Shown: positions 48,305 through 57,940, numbered from the stretch's first letter. The stretch: 64,000 bases of DNA from Candidatus Uhrbacteria bacterium (GCA_003518105.1 DOZH01000008.1:122128-186127); one strand, 5' to 3'. The notes: a model not told the origin generated them from the sequence alone. Numbers and translations are program-made.

Positions 48305-49084
48305 TCACCGAACAAAAACATCTCCTGGAGGCGCGCCAGCCCTCCGGGAGTTGTTTTTTATTTCTTCGATAGTCTTACGCACCTTACGAGCAACGGTAAA
48401 ATGTGTTGTACTCGCCGCTTTCTCACCTTTAGTGTTATCGAGCTTAAGCTTGGCGTCAGCTTGCGTGATACGGAACAGATTAGCAGCTAATTCCGTCGAC
48501 CCAGCTCGGTCTAAAATATCATCACGTCCCAAGCCCTTCTTGGTTTTTATCTCATCGGCGGTGAGCCCGTACAAGCCGAGGTAGCCAGCGTTATTAAATT
48601 TACCGAAGTCTTCTACCCCAGCTTTCCTGGCCGTATCGAACAACTGTTTATTATAATTTGTCACTTGCTGCCGAGTGTAAAGCCGCTTCGTATCATCGTC
48701 CATGTTCTCAAACAATTCCTGTTTGCGAGTTTGGACGGCGAAGTAAGTTTGAGCGAAGGCGATAGCTGGTTTACGTGAATCACAGTTTTGTGCGATCAAG
48801 TAACAAGCAAAGCGGGAAAGATGATAATCCCTCAACGTTCTCTTCGTTTTAGAGCCAATGTCGACCATTTTGTCGGCGCCGACAAAATGGTCATTTACTG
48901 CCTGATTTGTTGAAACACAAGTAATCCTAGCTCGATCTATTGCTAGATTGAATTTACGCCATTCAATATAATCAAACAAAGGCATTAACTCTCTCGCCTC
49001 CCAATACTCATAACCAAACTCGTCGACCTTTTTGATTGACTCAAAATCCTTATGTAACGATACGGGAACGAGACCTGAATCCAT
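48305..49084 (-). CDS. dinD: Second DinD-family protein, C-terminus apparently truncated
   Basis: EYWEARELM, LSRFACYLIAQN and ELAANLFRITQ motifs; the last residues are read through a hairpin. Confidence 0.8.
   Translation of the reverse strand: MDSGLVPVSLHKDFESIKKVDEFGYEYWEARELMPLFDYIEWRKFNLAIDRARITCVSTNQAVNDHFVGADKMVDIGSKTKRTLRDYHLSRFACYLIAQNCDSRKPAIAFAQTYFAVQTRKQELFENMDDDTKRLYTRQQVTNYNKQLFDTARKAGVEDFGKFNNAGYLGLYGLTADEIKTKKGLGRDDILDRAGSTELAANLFRITQADAKLKLDNTKGEKAASTTHFTVARKVRKTIEEIKNNSRRAGAPPGDVFVR
48314..48359. terminator. Bidirectional terminator downstream of era
   Basis: AAAAACATCTCCTGGAGG...CCTCCGGGAGTTGTTTTT. Confidence 0.7.
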
Positions 49085-49167
49085 AAGCTAAATAATGATT
49101 TGAGTTAGAAGTTTATTATAGCAAAAAGAGTCCGCCCGAGCGAACTCTTTCCATAGCTCCTTGAAAA

Positions 49168-49422
49168 TTAATCCTTTCTAACGATGCCGACTACAGCGCC
49201 AAAAACAGCTCCGAGAATAGTACCAATTGACATCGCACCAACAGAAACGTAGCTAACAAGTTGGTCGCCGTAACCAGATACGCCGAACTTAGCAATGAGG
49301 GCCATGATGGCGCCGAGCACGATGCCGCCGACCAAACCACACAAAGCGCCCAAGAAAGCGTGAATGACCATGCGGTAGAATGGATCACTGAATGTACACA
49401 ACTTCATATCACACATCTTCAT
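49168..49422 (-). CDS. Small Gly-rich two-TM membrane protein
   Basis: Two GxxxG-rich hydrophobic helices. Confidence 0.6.
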   Translation of the reverse strand: MKMCDMKLCTFSDPFYRMVIHAFLGALCGLVGGIVLGAIMALIAKFGVSGYGDQLVSYVSVGAMSIGTILGAVFGAVVGIVRKD

Positions 49423-49431
49423 AGGAAAACT

Positions 49432-50331
49432 TTAATAAGTTATAGAGGTTATTGTATACCCTGCCAAGGATTTTACCAGACTTAACGTAGAAAGCATAGT
49501 AAAACCAAGAGACAGTGGCTTGATTGAGACTTTAAGAATCAAGGGATTCTCAGGATTGGCTAAGATTACATAATTTGCTAAATCACTATTTGCCGTCACA
49601 GCGCGCACCACGGTCGAAGTGCCGTTAATATTCAACGTGTAATTACTCCAGTTCTCGTCGGCGGATAATTTAGTAATGTCGCTGTTCGTGGCCGCGGCAT
49701 TGCTAGCCACCTTGCCCTCGAGCTTAGCTAAAGCAGCGGTGACGTTACTGCTGAAGTTTTGCAGTTTTTCGAGCGTGCTGTCAAAAAGGCCGAGAGCAAT
49801 GTGTGAGGTGCGTGTGGTCGTTAGTTCGTCGTACTGGGCCCGCGACAACCAGAGAACGCTGTTCTGATCGCCCGTCACGTCGTAATCCTGCGCCGGCCAA
49901 TAAGCTGGTAGCAGAATACGCTCGGCGTTTCCAAGGCCATCTGTTTTGACCGATCCGGTGGTGTCGACATCGATGTAGACTGGGTCTGGAATTTTAGCAA
50001 TCTGACCAACTGGAACGTTGGCCGCTGCCGCCCGAGCTGCGACAGATTCCGCCGTTTCTTCGCGCGACTTAAGCGTCCACGACAGCTTCGCCGACTCCCC
50101 CGCTGTCCACTTATCGATAGTCACATTCCTCTGGCCATAGACTGGGTCTTGCGGCGTACTCACCCCAAACCAGTTTTGGGCAATGGTCAGGGTAGATCCA
50201 GCATGGAGTTTGGCTACGACGGCCGTGGTATCGTCAACTGGTTCTTGCTGCCAGGGCAAGCAGCCACTACCCATCGTAATAATCGATAATCCGAGGAGGA
50301 CAGCGTAACTAGCGCGGCGAATAATCTGCAT
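49432..50331 (-). CDS. Putative lipoprotein
   Basis: Signal peptide with MGSGC lipobox-like motif. Confidence 0.65.
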   Translation of the reverse strand: MQIIRRASYAVLLGLSIITMGSGCLPWQQEPVDDTTAVVAKLHAGSTLTIAQNWFGVSTPQDPVYGQRNVTIDKWTAGESAKLSWTLKSREETAESVAARAAAANVPVGQIAKIPDPVYIDVDTTGSVKTDGLGNAERILLPAYWPAQDYDVTGDQNSVLWLSRAQYDELTTTRTSHIALGLFDSTLEKLQNFSSNVTAALAKLEGKVASNAAATNSDITKLSADENWSNYTLNINGTSTVVRAVTANSDLANYVILANPENPLILKVSIKPLSLGFTMLSTLSLVKSLAGYTITSITY

Positions 50332-50332
50332 A

Positions 50333-50593
50333 TTATTTACTCAAAGCCCAAGCTTTGAGCGTGTCATAGTCAGCACTGCCGCAGATGTTCTTCTTGCTTT
50401 CTGTATTGTAGAAAAAAGGCACGCCACCGCATTCGCCAGTATCACACTTCTCAAGCAGCGCCGCGTTAGTCTCATTATTCCACACCTCGTACTTCTCTAC
50501 TGTCACACCAAGCTCCGCCTCCAACTGCGCCACTAATGGCTTCATAGTAATACAATGTGGGCAACTATCACCGTAAAATTCTTGCAAGGCCAT
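50333..50593 (-). CDS. Thioredoxin/glutaredoxin-like protein
   Basis: CPHC active site and GVP cis-Pro motif. Confidence 0.88.
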   Translation of the reverse strand: MALQEFYGDSCPHCITMKPLVAQLEAELGVTVEKYEVWNNETNAALLEKCDTGECGGVPFFYNTESKKNICGSADYDTLKAWALSK

Positions 50594-50637
50594 ACGCTAG
50601 CTTATTTTTGGATTATTCGTCATACTTGTACCAATCT

Positions 50638-51267
50638 ATGAACAATCGTACCACAATTGGCTTAGCAGTAATAATCGTCGTTCTCGCAGTCGTCATTCTG
50701 GCTGGTCACCGCTTGGGCTATTTTTGGGCCGGTGGCGACGGAGTGATCACGCCCGAGACCACCGAACTAATCGACGTCTTTGCAGCCACCACAGATAGCC
50801 ACCAAGCCGACACCCCACTTCTCACCTGGTTGCCCGGTGAAATTATCACCACGCCGGCTGATCAATTTTTTGCACTCCGCACTAACGGGCCAACCAATGC
50901 GCCAGTTTTTAATCTGGACGTCAACTCACAATTAAAAATTGTAAAAACTGATGGCGACAATATTACGGTTAATCTGATTACTGGTAGACTAGTTATTGAC
51001 GGTAGAGTAACGGTCGCCGTACGCGATACTTCGATTGCAGTCGACGGGATTACGACGATCGTCAATTACAGCTGGCTCGATACGATGGACGTGAGCGTGT
51101 TGGCAGGTTCAGCTAATATTCACCAGGGGCAATACTCGACCGTGGTCAAAGAGAATCACGCCGTGAGCCTGGATACTCTAGCACCGTTTGAGGAGATTAA
51201 GCCGACAATTTTTAGTATTGATGCTGATACGGTAAAAACTTTTTACGATTGGGCGTTGGGGAGATAA
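50638..51267 (+). CDS. Membrane-anchored beta-rich hypothetical protein (FecR-like)
   Basis: N-terminal TM; LDVNSQL, L..G.L and VSVLAGSA patterns. Confidence 0.55.
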   Translation: MNNRTTIGLAVIIVVLAVVILAGHRLGYFWAGGDGVITPETTELIDVFAATTDSHQADTPLLTWLPGEIITTPADQFFALRTNGPTNAPVFNLDVNSQLKIVKTDGDNITVNLITGRLVIDGRVTVAVRDTSIAVDGITTIVNYSWLDTMDVSVLAGSANIHQGQYSTVVKENHAVSLDTLAPFEEIKPTIFSIDADTVKTFYDWALGR

Positions 51268-51270
51268 AGT

Positions 51271-51452
51271 GGGCCAGAGCCTTGTAGAAGCGAGCGACTG
51301 TCGCATCTCGTGTGACGACGCGATGGCCGACCCGAGAAATGCTTGACTTGCGCTATTGGTTCCGTCAAGCAAGTCATCCTTTAAGCATTTCTGGGCTGAG
51401 GCCTTGAGCTAGGAACAGGAGATGCGGCGGTTGCGAGCGACGAGCCTTGGCC
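51271..51452 (+). other. Long rod-like palindromic element (candidate 6S-like RNA or MITE-like repeat)
   Basis: Nested stems GCGACTGTCGCATCTC/GAGATGCGGCGGTTGC, GGCC/GGCC, AGAAATGCTT/AAGCATTTCT and GACTTGC/GCAAGTC with a central bubble; GCGAGCGAC direct repeats at 51290 and 51433. Confidence 0.55.
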
Positions 51453-51473
51453 TGTACGAGTGAAGCTAGCGAT

Positions 51474-52841
51474 TTATAACTCGAACGTCTGCGTAATGCG
51501 CGGGATGGTGACGTCGGTAATACCCTGGGTTTTGAGGTAGTCGGCAAAGCGGGTTTTGATGTCGTGCTCACCGTGTGTCAAGAACAGTTTGGGGATAGCG
51601 CCGTGCAGTGGGTGGATAAATTTAGTTAGCTTGGTGCGGTCGCCGTGGGCTGAGAAGGCTTCGATGTTATGGATCGAGGCTTTGACGGTAATTTTTTTGT
51701 GGTAGATGTCGACCTCTTTGGCGCCGTCCTGAATTTGCCGGCCGAGGGTGAAGGCGGCTTGATAGCCAACAATCAGCACAGCAGCTTTTTCGTCGCCCAA
51801 ATAGCGCAGTAGGTGATGCAGAATACGGCCGCCCGACATCATGCCATTGCCTGCGATGATAATTTTTGGCCGGTGATCCACGTTGATAGCCTGCGATTCC
51901 TGTTGCGTCAACGTTTCATGCAAATTGGGGAAAGCAAAAAAGTCACCGTCATTGCTAGCTGGATGATCAAACACAAGATAAGATTTGCAGTCGCGATAAA
52001 TTTCCGTCGCCCGAATAGCGAGCGGACTGTCGAGATAAATTGGGACAGCGGGAATTTTCTGTTCACCCAGGAGAATGTCGAGTTCGTACAATAATTCCTG
52101 AGTACGCTCGATGGAAAAGGCTGGGATTAAGAGCGTGCCGCCGCGACCAATAACAGTGTTGACGACCTCGGCCAACTTGTCACTGCGCGTGCCCATATCG
52201 TCGTGAACTTTGTCGCCGTAGGTGGCCTCACAAATTAAGATATCAGCATGATCAAGCGGTTCTGTATCGGGCAGAATTGGCGTGTCGTCGTTGCCCAAGT
52301 CACCGCTAAACACGAGGCGTTCGGGTTTACCAGAAGCTGTTTCGTGGCCATCAATATCGAGCGAAATGTAAGAAGACCCAAGAATGTGGCCAGCGTCATG
52401 GAACATGGCGACGACGCCCGGCAAAACCTCCACCTGCTCGCCGTAGCTGACGCCTTTCATGTGGGCCAAGCAAGCCACCACGTCCGCCTCCTCGTACGGC
52501 AAACCGTGGCCACATTTGGCGGCTTGGTCACGCATGACGCTTAAGGAATCCTCGAGGACTATGTGGGTGAGACTCTTGGTGGGCGTGGTGGCGTAGATGA
52601 TACCGTCAAAACCATCGCGGACCAGCTTAGGCAAACGTCCAGTGTGGTCAAAATGAGCGTGCGTGACCAAAGCGACGGTGATAGCCGACGCGTCAAAGGG
52701 AAAGTCATCAAGGTTGGTGGTCGCGCAGGCTGACTCACCCTGCACTGCGCCACAGTCAATGAGTATTCTGCCCTTGCTTGTTTGCAGCAAAAAACAAGAA
52801 CCAGTCACTTGTTCAGTGGCGCCGTAAAAGGTGAGTTGCAT
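51474..52841 (-). CDS. MBL-fold beta-CASP ribonuclease
   Basis: VTGSC, THAHFDHTG, AGHILGS, FSGDLG and FSAH motifs. Confidence 0.93.
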   Translation of the reverse strand: MQLTFYGATEQVTGSCFLLQTSKGRILIDCGAVQGESACATTNLDDFPFDASAITVALVTHAHFDHTGRLPKLVRDGFDGIIYATTPTKSLTHIVLEDSLSVMRDQAAKCGHGLPYEEADVVACLAHMKGVSYGEQVEVLPGVVAMFHDAGHILGSSYISLDIDGHETASGKPERLVFSGDLGNDDTPILPDTEPLDHADILICEATYGDKVHDDMGTRSDKLAEVVNTVIGRGGTLLIPAFSIERTQELLYELDILLGEQKIPAVPIYLDSPLAIRATEIYRDCKSYLVFDHPASNDGDFFAFPNLHETLTQQESQAINVDHRPKIIIAGNGMMSGGRILHHLLRYLGDEKAAVLIVGYQAAFTLGRQIQDGAKEVDIYHKKITVKASIHNIEAFSAHGDRTKLTKFIHPLHGAIPKLFLTHGEHDIKTRFADYLKTQGITDVTIPRITQTFEL

Positions 52842-52850
52842 ACAATTCGA

Positions 52851-53060
52851 TTATTCTTGGGGCACACGAGCCACGTATTCATCAAACCGACTCTTCAAGT
52901 GCGTCTCCTGACCTTCTGTATTCTGATCAAGGTCGAGGCCGCCAATGTCGATATTATCGTTAATAACGCTCTCAACTAGCGAATCATAACCTTCTTTATC
53001 TAAAACCATATCCAACTCGCCACGCTCCACAATTTGCTCAAACAATTCATCTTCGGTCAT
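52851..53060 (-). CDS. Small acidic hypothetical protein
   Basis: 69-aa ORF (MTEDELFEQ...) co-oriented with and upstream of the beta-CASP gene. Confidence 0.55.
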   Translation of the reverse strand: MTEDELFEQIVERGELDMVLDKEGYDSLVESVINDNIDIGGLDLDQNTEGQETHLKSRFDEYVARVPQE

Positions 53061-53136
53061 ACGAGTGAAATCAATTATCGTGGCTACAGTGTACCACCTT
53101 GCCATAAGTAAGAAAATCCGCTATCATTTCGCCCTT

Positions 53137-54171
53137 ATGGCAGCTCTAAATTGGTCAGAACTTCCCCGCCCGATTATCGCCCTCTCACCGATGGCGGATA
53201 TGACCGACTCGGCTTTTTGTCGTGTGGTTCAGGAAGTGACTGACGCCGGGCAACCAACGCCATCACCTCTAGTAATGTTTAGAGAAATGGTCTCTGCCGA
53301 AGCAGTCGTCCGCGGTAACGATAAGACGCTCGGCATGACCGCCATTCATGAGGCAGAGCGCCCACTCGTCCAACAAATCTTTGGTAGCGATCCAGTAACA
53401 ATGGCCAAGGCCGCCAGCATGATTGAAGCTGAGCACCACCCTGAAGGTTTTGACATCAACATGGGCTGCCCGGTTTATAAAATCGTGCACAACTTTAACG
53501 GCGCTGCGCTCATGCAGAATGCAGAACTCGCCGGCAATATCGTTCGTGCCATGAAGGCCGCCATTACCGTGCCACTATCGGTCAAAATCCGCCTGGGCTG
53601 GAGCGAGCCGACTGAGTGCGTCGCTTTTGCCCAAGCCCTCGAAGCCGCCGGTGCTAACCTCATTACCGTTCATGGCCGCACCAAACTCCAGGGCTACAGT
53701 GGCGTAGCTGATTGGCGCCAGGTCGGTGAAGTAAAAAAAGCTGTTAGCATTCCCGTCCTCGTCAACGGCGACGTTCACACGGCGGAGAAAGTCGTCGAGG
53801 CTCTCAAACAAAGTAATGCCGACGGTGTGCTGATTGCCCGTGGGGCGCTCGGCAACCCCTGGATTTTTGCCCAGATTAATGAGGTGCTGGCCGGTTTGCC
53901 CGTCACGCCGATCACGATTGGCGAGCGTCTGCGCGTTGTCCGTCGCCATCTAAATCTTCACCTGGAGCAATACGGCGAAGCGTCCGTCCCCACCTTCCGC
54001 AAGCATTTGTCCTGGTATTTCAAAGGCTTACCTCATATGAAGGATTATAAGGAGGGTATGATGAAGGCCTCGACCAGAGTTGAACTCGAGACTATACTTG
54101 ACTCATTCCTGGCGGCGCATAACACTACCGACACTACCAGCTACCGACCAGACGTCATTACCAAGAAATAA
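53137..54171 (+). CDS. dusB: tRNA-dihydrouridine synthase
   Basis: LSPMA, QIFG, DINMGCP, VHGRT, NGD and RGALGNPW motifs. Confidence 0.93.
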   Translation: MAALNWSELPRPIIALSPMADMTDSAFCRVVQEVTDAGQPTPSPLVMFREMVSAEAVVRGNDKTLGMTAIHEAERPLVQQIFGSDPVTMAKAASMIEAEHHPEGFDINMGCPVYKIVHNFNGAALMQNAELAGNIVRAMKAAITVPLSVKIRLGWSEPTECVAFAQALEAAGANLITVHGRTKLQGYSGVADWRQVGEVKKAVSIPVLVNGDVHTAEKVVEALKQSNADGVLIARGALGNPWIFAQINEVLAGLPVTPITIGERLRVVRRHLNLHLEQYGEASVPTFRKHLSWYFKGLPHMKDYKEGMMKASTRVELETILDSFLAAHNTTDTTSYRPDVITKK

Positions 54172-54177
54172 CCAGTT

Positions 54178-55122
54178 ATGAAGCTCGGCATTCTGACATT
54201 TAGTAAGACCAAAAAGGCCCTAGCGGTCGGCACCCTTAGTATTGCCCGCGAAGCTAAAAAGCGTGGCCATGAGGTGACTTTCCTCTATAGCAACAACGTC
54301 GGCCTCGTTTTTGGCAACGGTAAGCGCATTACCTACGAAGGCCAAAGCATCACGCGGGCTGACTTCGACGTTATCCTAGTCCGCCCTGGCTTCACCGGCG
54401 ACCCGAGTATCAACGCCAGTATAATTAAACAATTTCAGCTAGCTGGTTTTTACGTCATCAATAACTACTTAGCTGTTTTCCGCGCCAAGAACAAAATCCG
54501 CACCATGCAAATGCTCGATCACTTTGGCGTGCCAGTGCCAAAAACTCTCGTCGTTGCTAACCCAGCGCAAATTGCCGTGGCTGCCACAGAGTTTACCTTC
54601 CCTGTCATTATTAAAACTATTTTTGGCACACACGGCACTGGCGTTTTCATTGCTGAGAGCATGCGTTCCCTCTCCCCTATCGTCGACTATTTAACCAAAA
54701 AAGAACGTGGCCCCATTAAGTTGCAGGAATATATTGCGGAGGCTAAAGGTAAGGACATTCGCGCGTTTGTCTGCGGCAAACGAATTGTCGCGGCCATGGA
54801 ACGTGTGGCCAAAGAAGGAGAGTTCCGGGCTAACTTTCACAAGGGCGGCAGCGTTGGCAGTGTGGAATTAACCAAGCTCGAGCAACAACTCGCCATCAAA
54901 GCCTCACAAATCCTCGGTCTCGATATCTCTGGCGTCGACATTCTCCGCACCAACACCGGACCCAAAATCATCGAAGTCAACAGCAACCCCGGCCTCGAAG
55001 GCATCAGCAAAGCCACCAACATCCCGGTTGCCGAAAAAGTCGTAGACTTCATTGAGCACCGCCTGGCGTCCGTGGGCCTGAAGCAGGCTAAGCCGTTACC
55101 GAAGCGGAGGATGATGGAGTAA
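54178..55122 (+). CDS. rimK: RimK-family ATP-grasp ligase
   Basis: VPKT, GTHGTGV, QEYI...DIR, FRANFHKGG, GVD and EVNSNPG motifs. Confidence 0.88.
   Translation: MKLGILTFSKTKKALAVGTLSIAREAKKRGHEVTFLYSNNVGLVFGNGKRITYEGQSITRADFDVILVRPGFTGDPSINASIIKQFQLAGFYVINNYLAVFRAKNKIRTMQMLDHFGVPVPKTLVVANPAQIAVAATEFTFPVIIKTIFGTHGTGVFIAESMRSLSPIVDYLTKKERGPIKLQEYIAEAKGKDIRAFVCGKRIVAAMERVAKEGEFRANFHKGGSVGSVELTKLEQQLAIKASQILGLDISGVDILRTNTGPKIIEVNSNPGLEGISKATNIPVAEKVVDFIEHRLASVGLKQAKPLPKRRMME
55066..55121 (+). repeat. Direct repeat copy 1 (rimK 3' end)
   Basis: 49 of 56 nt identical to 57438-57493; encodes ASVGLKQAKPLPKRRMME. Confidence 0.9.
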
Positions 55123-55134
55123 TTAACGATTAAT

Positions 55135-57393
55135 TTAATTTTCAAACCAGGGCACCCTACTAGTGCCCTTTTTTGTTGTATATAAATAGACTGTCGCTAG
55201 CGACGGGAAGAGTGACTGCTGCTGAGGATCAGCAAAAGCAATATAGATTGAGTCTGCAAATGTGTTTTCAAGATACGGCTTCTCTAACATTCGCATGACA
55301 TAATATTGTTGAGCGCCTCGCACAACATCTTCGTTGACGCATCGTTTAGCTGCTTGTGCCTCCAGTTGTTTGGCGATGTCGACTTCACCCCACCAGTCAC
55401 TTGGTTTTTCATCTAATACTCGCTGCACTAATTCATGATTCATGCCCCATGTTTTCCAGAGTTCACTCAAGCGGATTGTTGCAAAACCATGTGTCGCTAA
55501 TAGTTCTGTAATTTCCTTGATATAGAAATCATAGTCTTGAGAGGCATAACCATTACTCTTAGCATGTTCGTCTGAGAGGACAAAAGTCATTTCAATTCCA
55601 GGTGCGTAAACGCGGCGAATACCTGCAATATAACTCAAGAGATTATTTAACATCTCATGATCTGCCGCATCAACGTGCCTTTTTGAGGAAGCACCCCAAA
55701 AACTAAAGCAGCTTATTGGTTTGCTAAGTTTTTGTGTCTTTTCGATATTATCGCGTAATAAGTCTTCAAGAAACGGCAAATCTCTTCGGTATTTATTTAA
55801 CGTCATTGCCGCTATTATCAGATCAACTTCAATTAAGATTATTTTTTTCGGCTGAGTAAGCTCATCTATATTATCTTTAACGATAAGACGATCTGTGGCA
55901 TTAGCTAGTTTGTTATAACCATATTCAATAAATTTCTCTAGACAGTATTCTCCCTCACGAGTTTTTATTTGATACTGTCGAAGCAATGATTTATCAAGCT
56001 GGCCAGTCGCACGAGCAGCAGCCACTTCCGCAACATCCCCTTCCTCCACTCTAAAATCAGTACCGACATTCATGCCAGCCCCGTTAGCGAAGGGTGCTTT
56101 ATCACGCCAGGCAATATAGTCTGGTAGAAAATTATCCGCTACTTTCCGCAATATATATTTAGTGATTAAATGAGAGTTGTCGTATTTAATTTTCAATCCA
56201 CCATCAATCTGCAGAGCCAAGTCGACAACCTCACGATCAAAAAATGGACTGCGAACTTCTACCGTGTGTTTCATGCTCATTCTGTCTAATCGTTGCAAGT
56301 GACCAGCATGAAGTGATTTTAACAGCATTAGGCAGCCTTCGTTAACTAAATACTGTGGCAGTTTGGCAAATTCATTATAGCCAGCGAACAGCTCGTCTGA
56401 TCCATCACCTACCAAAACAACTTTTAACCCAAGTTGATGCGCAGCCTGGGCACATAGGTCCAAGGCAAAAGACTGCCTAATAATTTGCGGTTCGTAAGTT
56501 TCTAGATGATAAATTACGCTATCCAGTTCAGCGGCGTAGTCGACGTCAGGATTAACGAGGTGATATTTATAACCACGTTCTTGGCAGAGACGTAACGCGA
56601 ATTGGTAATCCAGTGAGTCGGGGTAACCTAAAATTATCGCCGTAATATTAGAATGATACTTCGTAGCAATAGCCATCACTAAACTGCTATCAACTCCGCC
56701 TGATAATAAGACGCCAAGTGGCAGGTCTGTCTGTACACGTTTCTTCACTGCCTGGACTAGTGAATCTTCTAGTCGTCTAATTACAACCTGCTCGTCGCTC
56801 AAGGTATTACTAAATTTTAAAACGAAGTACTCGGTAAGTTTTCCGTTGAGGTAATAATGACCTGGTGGAAATTCGTGAATAGTCTCAATGTCTTCGAAGG
56901 AGGCTAGCTGTTTCATTTCTGAAGCAAAATAAAGCTGTCCCGTCGAATCGGTCGCGTAGTATAGTGGTTTGACGCCTAACGGATCGCGAGCAGCAAAAGT
57001 ATCTCCCGTTTTTGCATTATAAATAACAAAAGCAAACATTTCAGAATCTAGATGTTTGACTATCTCGACTCCATATTCCTCATAAAGGTGGGCTAGTACT
57101 TCAGTATCTGAGCTCGTGCGGAAAATATGCCCTTTGAGCTGCAGCTCGTCTTGAAGTTTTTGATAATTAAAAATTTCTCCATTTTGAACGGCGAAAATAG
57201 TATTATCCTCGTTTGCTTGTGGTTGTTTACCTAGTGCTCGGGCGACAATTGGCAAGCGGTTAGCACCTATCACCGCAGAAGGTAGGTATTTTAACTCATA
57301 CGTACTACTTCCGCGATGAGTAATTTTTTCGAGAGCCTGGTGGGCTCGTTCTTTTGGATTGTTGGTACCGAAGATACCGATAATTCCACACAT
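55135..57393 (-). CDS. Asparagine synthetase B-like amidotransferase fused to an extra ~220-aa C-terminal domain
   Basis: MCGI Ntn cysteine, HRG, NGEIFN, RDPLGVKPLY, LSGGVDSS, GDGSDELFAGY and EVRSPF motifs; AT-rich. Confidence 0.9.
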   Translation of the reverse strand: MCGIIGIFGTNNPKERAHQALEKITHRGSSTYELKYLPSAVIGANRLPIVARALGKQPQANEDNTIFAVQNGEIFNYQKLQDELQLKGHIFRTSSDTEVLAHLYEEYGVEIVKHLDSEMFAFVIYNAKTGDTFAARDPLGVKPLYYATDSTGQLYFASEMKQLASFEDIETIHEFPPGHYYLNGKLTEYFVLKFSNTLSDEQVVIRRLEDSLVQAVKKRVQTDLPLGVLLSGGVDSSLVMAIATKYHSNITAIILGYPDSLDYQFALRLCQERGYKYHLVNPDVDYAAELDSVIYHLETYEPQIIRQSFALDLCAQAAHQLGLKVVLVGDGSDELFAGYNEFAKLPQYLVNEGCLMLLKSLHAGHLQRLDRMSMKHTVEVRSPFFDREVVDLALQIDGGLKIKYDNSHLITKYILRKVADNFLPDYIAWRDKAPFANGAGMNVGTDFRVEEGDVAEVAAARATGQLDKSLLRQYQIKTREGEYCLEKFIEYGYNKLANATDRLIVKDNIDELTQPKKIILIEVDLIIAAMTLNKYRRDLPFLEDLLRDNIEKTQKLSKPISCFSFWGASSKRHVDAADHEMLNNLLSYIAGIRRVYAPGIEMTFVLSDEHAKSNGYASQDYDFYIKEITELLATHGFATIRLSELWKTWGMNHELVQRVLDEKPSDWWGEVDIAKQLEAQAAKRCVNEDVVRGAQQYYVMRMLEKPYLENTFADSIYIAFADPQQQSLFPSLATVYLYTTKKGTSRVPWFEN

Positions 57394-57437
57394 ATATACC
57401 ATTAATTATAACAGATAATGCAATTTACATGTATAGC

Positions 57438-57493
57438 GCCTCCGTCGGCCTCAAACAGGCCAAGCCGCTGCCGAAGCGGAGGATGATGGAGTA
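57438..57493 (+). repeat. Direct repeat copy 2 (duplicated rimK 3' end)
   Basis: Encodes the same peptide as copy 1; all 7 differences are synonymous. Confidence 0.9.
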
Positions 57494-57540
57494 CTCACAA
57501 TACATAAAAATCAGCCAGGAGGTTGATTCTTTGATAGTAT

Positions 57541-57570
57541 TTGACAGAAATACTTTACTACAGTACAGTA
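57541..57570 (+). promoter_or_regulatory. Promoter with overlapping palindromic operator for the TrpR/YerC gene
   Basis: TTGACA at 57541-46, 17-bp spacer, TACAGT; near-palindrome TACTTTA-N6-TACAGTA at 57551-57570. Confidence 0.6.
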
Positions 57571-57578
57571 CTTGTTGT

Positions 57579-57917
57579 ATGATGACTTTAATAGCTACAC
57601 AACGCGAACAAGAGCTCTGGAATGCAATTTTGAGTTTGCAGACCCCGTTGGAGTGCCAAAAATTTTTTGGTGATTTGCTGACAGCAGATGAGGTTGCTGA
57701 TTTTGCGAAGCGTTGGCAAGTGGCACGTATGCTTTATGCTGGTACCTCGTATGTTGTTATTCAAAAAGAAACCGCGCTGTCGAGCAGAACCATTGCGCGT
57801 ATTTCAAATTGGCTCAAAGAAGGAACCGGCGGCTATCGTTTGCTCTTAAAGCGCACCGATAATGTTAATTACCATCATACCGTTCTTGCGTCTCCTCGAC
57901 GTCGAACGGCTCATTGA
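57579..57917 (+). CDS. TrpR-like YerC/YecD transcriptional regulator
   Basis: EC..FF.DLLT..E...F.KRWQVARML...Y..I..ET.LS..TI.RIS..L..G.GGY. Confidence 0.9.
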   Translation: MMTLIATQREQELWNAILSLQTPLECQKFFGDLLTADEVADFAKRWQVARMLYAGTSYVVIQKETALSSRTIARISNWLKEGTGGYRLLLKRTDNVNYHHTVLASPRRRTAH

Positions 57918-57940
57918 AGTTGCAAGATCTGCTCAATGAT

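Noticed and set aside
57429-57578. N-terminal extension of the TrpR-like ORF given in the ORF track
   Set aside because: It consists of the duplicated rimK tail plus the promoter/operator; the real start is more likely ATG 57579.
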